Below, in pieces: positions 22,842-30,294 of a stretch of 30,294 nucleotides of DNA. Position 1 is the first letter of the stretch. The number at the start of each line of letters is the position of its first letter. Source of the DNA: Candidatus Micrarchaeota archaeon (lineage in GTDB: Archaea; Micrarchaeota; Micrarchaeia; Anstonellales; Bilamarchaeaceae); the NCBI GenBank assembly GCA_041694885.1, contig JBGFRX010000039.1, positions 1-30,294 on the forward strand. Direction: 5' to 3'. The notes below the pieces were generated by a model. The model saw nothing but the letters and a program-made list of their open reading frames with translations, ran no database searches and had not been told where the DNA came from. A program made the position numbers and the translations under genes.

Positions 22842-24167
22842 TCAAAAATCAATAAATTTTTCTTCGTAGAGGGTGCGCTCGGAAACCTCCCCTGCAATAT
22901 TTTTCATCATCAGCTCCTTTACTTTTTTCTGGTCTTTTTCCTTCCCGAGCACCCAGCATAATTTCACGTAAGCTGTTTCAGGGGTCCAATCCATGCCGTC
23001 GCCGATTACGCCGGTTTCCTTGAGCAGCCGTCCAGCAGAATAAACGTTCATATTGATGCGTCCGTATATCGTCTGGGGCGCGATGACCACGGATACACCG
23101 GAATCAACCAGTGCCTTTATGTTCGGGATTATATCGTTGGCATGCTTGTCTCCGAATGCATTCGTAGGAACATGGCCCAGACCAGTGGCTGCGATTACCA
23201 TTCCGTCATAATCAGCGAACTTGTCGACCATGGTCGGCTTTATGCCCGGGTGGCTGTAGAGAATGCCGACATTTTCCGAGAAGTGGTTGTGCAAATCCAG
23301 TTTCCTTTTTTCGTCGCGTTTGTTATAATCCAGGGTGAACGGCTCTATTTTTACGGTTCTATGGTCCACTTTTGCAAATGGAGGGGAATTTATGGACTGA
23401 AACGTGTCTCTTCTTGAGGTGTGCATCTTCCTTACCTTCGTGCCCCGGTGAAAATAGGCATAATCGTCACTCGAACTCGCATGCATGCATATGCCAACCT
23501 GTGCAATGTCGGACTTCGCAAGCAACAGCGCGTTGTAAAGGTTGGTTTCGTTGTCCGAACTCGGGCGGTCAGAAGAGCGCTGTGCGCCAACGAGGACCAC
23601 GGGCACAGGCAGGTTCTGCAACGCGAAGCTAAGAGCAGCGGAAGTGTAATGCATGGTATCCGTGCCGTGCATCAGTACCACGCCTTTCACCCCCGCATTT
23701 ATCTCCTTGGAGACCTCGTCGGCGATGGTTTTCCAATGGTAAATGCTGAAGTCCTCCGAGAGCAGGCGGAAAAGCATCTTCGCATGGATGGATGCCATGC
23801 TCTTTATTTTTGGAAATGCATTGAGTATTTCATTCGGTCCGAAAACAGGGAATGCCGCACCGGTTTTGTATTCAACCTTGGAAAGGATTGTTCCCCCACA
23901 GCCTAGTATTGCTATTTCGCCTTTTTTCCGGGCTTCTTCCTTTTCTTCGGGCTTTTTTCCGGCTTTCTCAACCAATGAAATTTTCGCGCCTTCTGGGCTT
24001 ATCCCTATGTTGTAGCCGGAATCCAATTTGATTACAAGGTCGTCGCTTTCGCCTGCGCGGGGCATGAGTATGCCTTCAAATTTTTCGCCGCCCTTCTCGA
24101 GCTTTATCCTGTCGCCTGTTTCCACGCCTGCTTTTTTCAGCAGCGAAGATGCCTTCTGGGAATACAT
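22842..24167 (-). CDS. gatD: Glu-tRNA(Gln) amidotransferase subunit D
   Basis: N-terminal EGILMP..IKLDSGYNIG, GGTI, HGTDTMHY, GAQRSSDRPSSD, KMHTSRRDTF, TGLGH, PETAYVKL. Confidence 0.97.
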   Translation of the reverse strand: MYSQKASSLLKKAGVETGDRIKLEKGGEKFEGILMPRAGESDDLVIKLDSGYNIGISPEGAKISLVEKAGKKPEEKEEARKKGEIAILGCGGTILSKVEYKTGAAFPVFGPNEILNAFPKIKSMASIHAKMLFRLLSEDFSIYHWKTIADEVSKEINAGVKGVVLMHGTDTMHYTSAALSFALQNLPVPVVLVGAQRSSDRPSSDNETNLYNALLLAKSDIAQVGICMHASSSDDYAYFHRGTKVRKMHTSRRDTFQSINSPPFAKVDHRTVKIEPFTLDYNKRDEKRKLDLHNHFSENVGILYSHPGIKPTMVDKFADYDGMVIAATGLGHVPTNAFGDKHANDIIPNIKALVDSGVSVVIAPQTIYGRINMNVYSAGRLLKETGVIGDGMDWTPETAYVKLCWVLGKEKDQKKVKELMMKNIAGEVSERTLYEEKFIDF

Positions 24168-24228
24168 ATGCATATGTTGGACGATTAAACTTTAAAACCC
24201 GGTCTCCGATAGTGGAATTGGTGTTCTC

Positions 24229-25560
24229 ATGACTGATGTTGTTTCCCCTCTCGATGGCCGTTACAGGAGCGAGATGAGCGCTATTTTCACAGAAAAGGCG
24301 AAATTGGACAGGTGGATGGACGTTGAGATAGCGCTTGCGAAGGCGCACGCGAAATTGGGGAATATTCCGAAGGAGGCGGTGAAGAAAATCGAGGCCGCGA
24401 AGGAAAAGGTGAAGCTGGAAAGAGTGCAGGAAATCGAAAATGAAATTCACCACGATTTAATGGCAATGGTGAAGGCGATGAGCGAGCAGGCGGGGGAAGC
24501 AGGAGCTTACGTCCATCTCGGAGCCACGAGTTATGATATTGAGGATACCGCAACTGCGCTGATTTTCAGGACCGCAATAGAGCAAATCGAGAAGCGGTTG
24601 GGCGAACTGCGAACCATTCTCAGGGATTTGGCGCAAAAACACAAAAAAACGATTTGCATTGGAAGGACGCACGGCCAGCACGCGACGCCCACGACTTACG
24701 GGATGAAATTCGCGCTTTATTACCAGGAAGCAGGACGCAACCTGGAGCGCCTCGCTGAAGCGAAGAAGCGCATTCTCGTGGGGAAGATGAGCGGCGCAGT
24801 AGGCACGATGGCCACTTTCAAAGGCCAGGGCGAGAAAATAGAGAAAATGGTCATGGAAGAATTGGGGCTTTCCCCTGCGCCTGTTGCGACCCAGGTCGTG
24901 CAAAGAGACAGGCATGCGGAAATAATGCAGGTGCTGGCACTCACTGCGGCTGGAACCGAGAAGATTGCGAAGGAGATAAGGAACCTGCAAAGGAGCGAGA
25001 TCGGCGAGGTTGCGGAAGCGTTTGCATCAAAGCAAGTTGGCTCATCCACAATGCCCCACAAAAGGAATCCGCACAAGAGCGAAAGAGTGTGCAGCCTGGC
25101 AAGGGTAGTGAGGGCGAATACGCAGGTTGCGCTGGAGAACGTTGCGCTCGAGCACGAGCGGGACTTGACGAATTCCGCGAACGAGCGGTTCATTTTTTCC
25201 GAAAGCTTCATAGTGCTGGACTACATGATGAAGGAGATGACGGCCATATTGAAAGCGCTGGAGTTCTTCCCGGAGAGGATAAATGCAAACTTAGAGCTCA
25301 CGCGCGGGCTCATAATGGCCGAGCGCCTCATGATTGAAATCGTGGAAAAGGGGTTCATGGGAAGGCAGGAAGCGCACGAATCCGTAAGGGAAATGAGCCA
25401 GAAGGCGTTCCGGGAAAGGAAAAACTTAGGAGAGGTTTTTGCAGCGAGCGAATTGGGAAAGAAATTCGGGAAAAAGGAAATCGAGGCCCTGTTTGATTAT
25501 ACGACTTATATAGGAGAGGCGGAAAAAATAGTTGAAAGGGCGCTGAAACAGTCAGCGTAG
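24229..25560 (+). CDS. purB: Adenylosuccinate lyase
   Basis: SPLDGRY, HLGATSYD, GRTHGQHA, GAVG, GSSTMPHKRNP, HERDLTNS; GGTG-N5-ATG. Confidence 0.97.
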   Translation: MTDVVSPLDGRYRSEMSAIFTEKAKLDRWMDVEIALAKAHAKLGNIPKEAVKKIEAAKEKVKLERVQEIENEIHHDLMAMVKAMSEQAGEAGAYVHLGATSYDIEDTATALIFRTAIEQIEKRLGELRTILRDLAQKHKKTICIGRTHGQHATPTTYGMKFALYYQEAGRNLERLAEAKKRILVGKMSGAVGTMATFKGQGEKIEKMVMEELGLSPAPVATQVVQRDRHAEIMQVLALTAAGTEKIAKEIRNLQRSEIGEVAEAFASKQVGSSTMPHKRNPHKSERVCSLARVVRANTQVALENVALEHERDLTNSANERFIFSESFIVLDYMMKEMTAILKALEFFPERINANLELTRGLIMAERLMIEIVEKGFMGRQEAHESVREMSQKAFRERKNLGEVFAASELGKKFGKKEIEALFDYTTYIGEAEKIVERALKQSA

Positions 25561-25577
25561 TTCGAAAAGAAAATAAT

Positions 25578-27359
25578 TCATTTTTTGGCTGCGAGCTCCG
25601 AAGCTTCACGGGCTTCTTTTGCATCCACTCTTAGCCGGTATTTAGCCATTATCACAGCGAGATTTCCGCTGTTCTCATCCACGATTTTTTTCAGTTCCCT
25701 TCCGCTTATTTTCCTGAGTTGTTTTTCGTCCAGCACGTTTTCTGCTGTTTTGCCCTTCGCCATTTCCCTGAGAATATCGGGGATCGCGGCCTTCACGAAT
25801 TCGCCGTTTATGTATACTGAGAACAGCTCCATTAGCTGTTTTTCGCCTGTTTCAATGCCTTCCCTCTTCAGCATGACGAGCGTATCTTCCAGGGTCGTCG
25901 CGGCGAGCATGGGCTCTACTCCCTCCTTTATCAGTTTTTCGAATAACTTTAGATTTTTGGAGCGCAAAATGCGCTCAGCCATGTCCTTGTTCAGAATTTT
26001 GAGCAGTTTTTCCCTTTTTTCCTCGAGCCCTTCAGCAGCACCTTCAGCTGCTCTTTTTAGCAATTCTCCGGTTATTTTCACCGGCGGAATGTCCGTCTCA
26101 GGATAAAGGCGCGCCTTTCCGGGAAGAGGGCGCATATAGGAAGAAGTGCCGTCTTCATTGGCTTTCCTCGTCTCTTTTGGGATAAAATTCATTTTAGCGC
26201 GCCCGAGAACTTTTTCCAGCGCTTTTTTCGCAACTCCTTCCTTCGCAACAACCAGGACAAACGCATCTCCGTTTTTCATGCGCAGGAGCTTTTTTACCTC
26301 TCCAGCTTCGCTTCCGGATATGCCGTATTTCTTCATGTCCTCGTCGCTGTGGATTATGCCCTTCACTCCAGCTGTTTTCGCGTAATCGGAAAGTTCTGTT
26401 CCATACCTCCTGCCCGGGTTTATTTCCCTGCCCAAAATAGCGCTGTGCATTTCCAGCTTCATGCCCAGAACACGCTGGCCCTCCCCAAGCCCAGTCCTTA
26501 TGAGCTTCGCTTCGGTCCCTGCAAAAGCAGCACTCAAATCGGCTATTTTCCCTTCGAGCAAAATTTTTCCATCGGACTTTTCTTTCAATTCCGCGATTAT
26601 CGCAAGCAGATTTCGCTGCCTTTTCACCTCGTTTTCCGCAAGCAGGGGAAGGACCTTCAGATCCTGCGCGCCCTTTATCTCCACCCTTGCCCCGCCCTCT
26701 ATGCTCACGTTCACATCCTGCCTTATCGTTCCGAGGCCGCGCATCACTTTCCCGCTCGCGCGCAGAATCAGACCTAATTTTTCCGCAATTTCCCTGAGAT
26801 GCTCCGGATCCTTTATGTCGGGTTCTGTCCCTATTTCGATTAGCGGGATTCCCAACCTATCCAAACTGTAAACCGCACGGCCGTCTTTTCGCTCCACTAT
26901 TCCTGCGCTCTCTTCTTCTATCGCGATTGTGCTTATGCGCACGTCGCCCTTCCCGCTTTCGACCTTCCCACCTGAGGAAATCACTGCGGTGCGCTGAAAA
27001 CCCGAAGTGTTGCTTCCATCTATTACTATTTTTCGCATCGTGTGGACTTCGCTTACCGGCTTGGATTCGAGGTGCTGCGCAATCCCAAGCCCTGTCATGA
27101 GCGCATCTTCATTCATGGGATGCGGCGGCTCCTCGTCCAACTCCACAAGGCAATTGCAATTATCATAAACCAGATATTCGAACGTCTGCTCGCGCTCCGC
27201 TGCTTCCGCTGCTGCCCGGTCCACTTCGCCCATCTCGCTGTAAACAGGGTGAAGAAGCCGCACTATTCTTCTGGGCTCGCCCTTGCCTTCTTCCGAAGGG
27301 CACTCGCAGAATAATTTATGCGTATTCAGTCGCTGGTGGATTTCTAGGCCGAGTTTCAT
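25578..27359 (-). CDS. gatE: Glu-tRNA(Gln) amidotransferase subunit E
   Basis: GLEIHQRL..KLFC, DEEPPH, MRKIVIDGSNTSGFQRT, LDRLGIPLIEI, RGLGTIRQDVNVSI, GIIHSDE, RPLPGKARLYPETDIP. Start ATG 27359. Confidence 0.97.
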   Translation of the reverse strand: MKLGLEIHQRLNTHKLFCECPSEEGKGEPRRIVRLLHPVYSEMGEVDRAAAEAAEREQTFEYLVYDNCNCLVELDEEPPHPMNEDALMTGLGIAQHLESKPVSEVHTMRKIVIDGSNTSGFQRTAVISSGGKVESGKGDVRISTIAIEEESAGIVERKDGRAVYSLDRLGIPLIEIGTEPDIKDPEHLREIAEKLGLILRASGKVMRGLGTIRQDVNVSIEGGARVEIKGAQDLKVLPLLAENEVKRQRNLLAIIAELKEKSDGKILLEGKIADLSAAFAGTEAKLIRTGLGEGQRVLGMKLEMHSAILGREINPGRRYGTELSDYAKTAGVKGIIHSDEDMKKYGISGSEAGEVKKLLRMKNGDAFVLVVAKEGVAKKALEKVLGRAKMNFIPKETRKANEDGTSSYMRPLPGKARLYPETDIPPVKITGELLKRAAEGAAEGLEEKREKLLKILNKDMAERILRSKNLKLFEKLIKEGVEPMLAATTLEDTLVMLKREGIETGEKQLMELFSVYINGEFVKAAIPDILREMAKGKTAENVLDEKQLRKISGRELKKIVDENSGNLAVIMAKYRLRVDAKEAREASELAAKK

Positions 27360-27468
27360 GAGAATACGCCGATTTAGGGATTTTTGATTACTTTTATTTA
27401 AGCACAACTATTTTAAATTAAATTCGAAGTATAATAGCTCAACTTTACATGATTTTACGATTATGACA

Positions 27469-27503
27469 TTACTGGTGGTTGCTTTAGGGGCAACACCCAG
27501 TAA
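27469..27503 (+). promoter_or_regulatory. Stem-loop upstream of the glycan locus
   Basis: TTACTGG-TG-GTTGC-tttaggg-GCAAC-AC-CCAGTAA (7-bp and 5-bp stems). Confidence 0.5.
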
Positions 27504-27573
27504 CTAAAATACCGTTATGCGGAAAAAATTCAGAGTGATTTCCGCTGCAGAAAGAATTTACCGGGTAATTTCC

Positions 27574-28884
27574 ATGAGTAGCGAATTACGAAGTCAAATC
27601 GCAGAGTTGGTGAAGAAATATTTTGAAACGACAAAAACTAAGATGGCGAAGGATAAAGTTCCGGTTAGTGGAAAGGTCTTCGACGCTGAGGAACTGGCAA
27701 ACGGCGTTGAAGCTGTGCTTGAAGGATGGTGGACTGAAGGCAAATACACCAAAAAATTCGAAGAGGGCCTTAAAAAATATGTCGGCAGCAGCTTTGCGCT
27801 GACCACCAACTCCGGCTCATCGGCAAACCTTGCTGCATTTTACTCTTTGACTTCAAAGAAATTGGGAGAAAAACGGATAAAAAAAGACGACGAAGTGATA
27901 ACGGTTGCTGCTGCTTTCCCTACCACCATAAACCCGATAATATCCTATGGCGCAATACCGGTATTCGTTGATGTGGAACTTGGGACATACAATATCAATG
28001 CCGACGCAGTGGAAAATGCAATAAGTGAAAAAACAAAGGCAATATTCCTTGCGCACACTCTTGGAAACCCATTTGACGTTGAAAAAATCAGGAAAACCGC
28101 TGATATGCATGGCCTTTGGCTGATAGAGGACAACTGCGATGCGCTTGGAAGCACATACCATGCTAAGAGAACTGGCACTTTTGGGCACCTTTCTACTCTA
28201 AGTTTTTATCCAGCACATCAGATAACCACTGGCGAAGGAGGAGCAATACTCACCGATGATCCCTTTTTGCATAAGATAGCTCGTTCGATGCGGGATTGGG
28301 GAAGGGACTGTTGGTGCCCTACGGGAGTAGACAATAGCTGCAAAAAAAGATTTTCCTGGAAGCTTGGAAAGTTACCTTTTGGCTATGATCACAAATATGT
28401 ATATTCAGAAGCCGGTTTCAACCTGAAAATGACTGATATACAGGCAGCAATCGGCATTGCGCAGATGGCAAAAATCGAACTTTTTGTGAAGAAAAGAAGG
28501 GAAAATTTTGACTATCTCAAAAAAAGGTTCGCTGAGGAAAAGTTGGATGAACAATTCGTGCTTCCTGTTGCCACCAAGAATTCAAAACCCTCATGGTTCG
28601 GATTTCCATTAACCATAAAAGATAAGCTTGACAGGACAAAACTCATGGAGGCACTCAATGCAAAAGGCGTTGCAACACGCCTGATTTTTGCAGGCAATAT
28701 CACCAAACAGCCGTACTTCATGGATAATGACATAATTTATCGGACATGTGGAGAGCTCAAAAATACCGATAGGGTAATGGAAAAGTCCTTTTGGATAGGC
28801 GTTTATCCAGCTCTTGAAAAAGAGAATCTCGAGCATGCGGTTTCTGTGATATGCGATGCGGTTCGAACGATGCGGCAGAATTAG
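27574..28884 (+). CDS. rfbH: NDP-4-keto-6-deoxyglucose 3-dehydratase (RfbH/DdhC, E1 type)
   Basis: VPVSGKV, NSGSSANL, AHTLGNPF, EDNCDALGS, SFYPAHQITTGEGG (His in place of the PLP Lys), RDWGRDCWC..NSC Fe-S motif, YDHKY. Start ATG 27574. Confidence 0.94.
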   Translation: MSSELRSQIAELVKKYFETTKTKMAKDKVPVSGKVFDAEELANGVEAVLEGWWTEGKYTKKFEEGLKKYVGSSFALTTNSGSSANLAAFYSLTSKKLGEKRIKKDDEVITVAAAFPTTINPIISYGAIPVFVDVELGTYNINADAVENAISEKTKAIFLAHTLGNPFDVEKIRKTADMHGLWLIEDNCDALGSTYHAKRTGTFGHLSTLSFYPAHQITTGEGGAILTDDPFLHKIARSMRDWGRDCWCPTGVDNSCKKRFSWKLGKLPFGYDHKYVYSEAGFNLKMTDIQAAIGIAQMAKIELFVKKRRENFDYLKKRFAEEKLDEQFVLPVATKNSKPSWFGFPLTIKDKLDRTKLMEALNAKGVATRLIFAGNITKQPYFMDNDIIYRTCGELKNTDRVMEKSFWIGVYPALEKENLEHAVSVICDAVRTMRQN

Positions 28885-28930
28885 CATTTTGCAATAAGGC
28901 ATAAGTGCGTGGTAACACCGTGTGGTAAAA

Positions 28931-29488
28931 ATGAGCACGAAAAAAATGGAGATCGTGGACTTACCTCTTGAAGGGGCATTTTACATAAAGCCATTTGAAC
29001 AGCACGACGAAAGAGGGGCATTCTACAAATTATTCACCGAACAGCTACTTATGGAAAAAGGAGTGAGGCCGTATTTCAACGAGGAATTCTTTTCCATTTC
29101 CCATTCAGGAGTGGTGCGTGGCTTGCATTACCAGGCATCGCCTTGTACGCAGGCAAAACTGATAAATTGCACGCGGGGCGAAATATATGATGTAATGGTA
29201 GATATAAGAAAAAAATCCCCGGCTTTCGGCCGATGGATTGCAGTCACACTGTCTGATAAAAACAATATTACTGTGTATGTTCCTCGGGGTTTTGCCCACG
29301 GATTCATGGTCATGAGTGATGTTGCATATGTGCATTACAGAGCTGACAATGTATACTCGCCGGAACACGAGCGAGGAATAATGTACAATGATGCTCAACT
29401 TAGTATAAAATGGCCGAAAACAACAAATCTGATTTTGTCCGAAAAAGATAAAAAATGGCCGGCCCTAAAAAACGCAGAATTGTTTTAG
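28931..29488 (+). CDS. rfbC: NDP-4-keto-6-deoxyhexose 3,5-epimerase (RmlC/RfbC cupin)
   Basis: DERGAF, VRGLHYQ, QAKL, DVMVDIRKKSP, VPRGFAHGF, LSEKDKKWP. Confidence 0.93.
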   Translation: MSTKKMEIVDLPLEGAFYIKPFEQHDERGAFYKLFTEQLLMEKGVRPYFNEEFFSISHSGVVRGLHYQASPCTQAKLINCTRGEIYDVMVDIRKKSPAFGRWIAVTLSDKNNITVYVPRGFAHGFMVMSDVAYVHYRADNVYSPEHERGIMYNDAQLSIKWPKTTNLILSEKDKKWPALKNAELF

Positions 29489-29501
29489 TGAGGGACGCAC
29501 A

Positions 29502-30294
29502 ATGGAAAATGATTATCAGGATTTTACAGCAGAAGTTAAAAAAATAAATCCCCTGCATGGAAAACTGGCTGTTTTGATCCCCTGTCATACTGAAACTGAC
29601 GTTCTTATCAGGCATCTGGATGAATTGAAAAAACAGACGTTTCGGGATTTCGATGTTTTTGTCGTTCTCTCCAGTGCAAGTGATCATGAAAGCGCATTGA
29701 AGCGGATTGAAGAAGGAAAATATTCTTTTGGGATAGCGTTGCTGGGGCGCAAGTGTGACACTGGTTCCGCAGGCGGCTTTTATACAGGCGAAAAATACGC
29801 GCTTGAAAACGGTTACCGTGCCGTAATACTGGCCGATGTGGATGCGATCCCGGTGGATGACGATATAATAGAAACCCTATGGGCAAAATATGTAAACGGG
29901 GCAGATTATGTATTGAGTTACATCAAATACTGCCACGGCAACAAGGTCGTTCACGAAACGAAACCAGGGAGTGTGCACTGTTATGGCCTCGTTTCAACTG
30001 TCCTGTTGAAAAAGGCGGGCTTCCATTTTGCTCCGCTTCATATAGGCGGAGATGATACGGAATATTTCCTGCGCCTGAGAAAATTCACTAAGCCAGCAGT
30101 AGTGGATAAAGCAGTTTCTCATCCACTGCTCGCATTCGCGCGCAAAAATTTCAACCACGACATAGTGTATATGGTGAACCATATGCTTTTCTGCATACCG
30201 GACTACTGGCGAACGTATTTGTATACGCTATCGCTGCTTGTACCGGTTTTCATAATTTTTGGTAAGACATATGTACGGTCAGCTGGAATGAGAA
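29502..30294 (+). CDS. Family 2 glycosyltransferase (runs off the window end; not in the ORF track)
   Basis: Manual translation from ATG 29502: MENDYQDF..LAVLIPC..LKKQT..DTGSAGGF..ILADVD (DxD)..GGDDTEYFLRL; I saw no in-frame stop before the window end. Confidence 0.85.
   Translation, partial: MENDYQDFTAEVKKINPLHGKLAVLIPCHTETDVLIRHLDELKKQTFRDFDVFVVLSSASDHESALKRIEEGKYSFGIALLGRKCDTGSAGGFYTGEKYALENGYRAVILADVDAIPVDDDIIETLWAKYVNGADYVLSYIKYCHGNKVVHETKPGSVHCYGLVSTVLLKKAGFHFAPLHIGGDDTEYFLRLRKFTKPAVVDKAVSHPLLAFARKNFNHDIVYMVNHMLFCIPDYWRTYLYTLSLLVPVFIIFGKTYVRSAGMR

Noticed and set aside
27466..27503. JUMPstart/ops element (ACTGGT..AGGGGC resemblance) before the glycan locus
   Set aside because: The ops core GGCGGTAG is absent and the host is archaeal; kept only as a generic leader hairpin.
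1..30294. tRNA, rRNA, integrase or transposase genes
   Set aside because: No intergenic gap showed a cloverleaf or rRNA-like sequence, and no ORF has recombinase or transposase motifs.

Overview
Gene-dense archaeal chromosomal segment. Archaeal markers are gatD/gatE, pth2, nurA, archaeal-type riboflavin synthase and ribB, TATA-like boxes about 25 nt before starts and GGTG-N5-ATG ribosome-binding sites. The gene mix suggests a DPANN lineage such as Micrarchaeota, but that is inference. Left to right: a small membrane protein; a coupled lysA-dapF-thiI block; an ACT-domain protein; two tandem class I aminotransferases sharing near-identical DNA tracts; and a mosaic riboflavin cluster (archaeal ribB, a riboflavin synthase-lumazine synthase FUSION, bacterial-type ribA and ribD, with a nitroreductase between them). 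Next come an 862-aa PHP-fold metalloenzyme split by an ~300-aa insertion that is mostly coiled coil, a DEAD-box helicase that appears to start at ATA, a membrane-anchored coiled-coil transglutaminase-like protein, dinB and DUF1846. An AT-rich accessory patch follows (split ORF, ~385-bp motif-rich non-coding region, HExxH protein), then pth2/nurA, gatD-purB-gatE and the start of a surface-glycan locus (rfbH, rfbC-like epimerase, GT2). I recognised no rRNA, tRNA, CRISPR array or transposase. Best novelty candidates: the RibC-RibH fusion, the split PHP/coiled-coil protein, the non-coding element at 20.1-20.5 kb and the ATA start. All calls come from reading motifs by eye; no searches were run.
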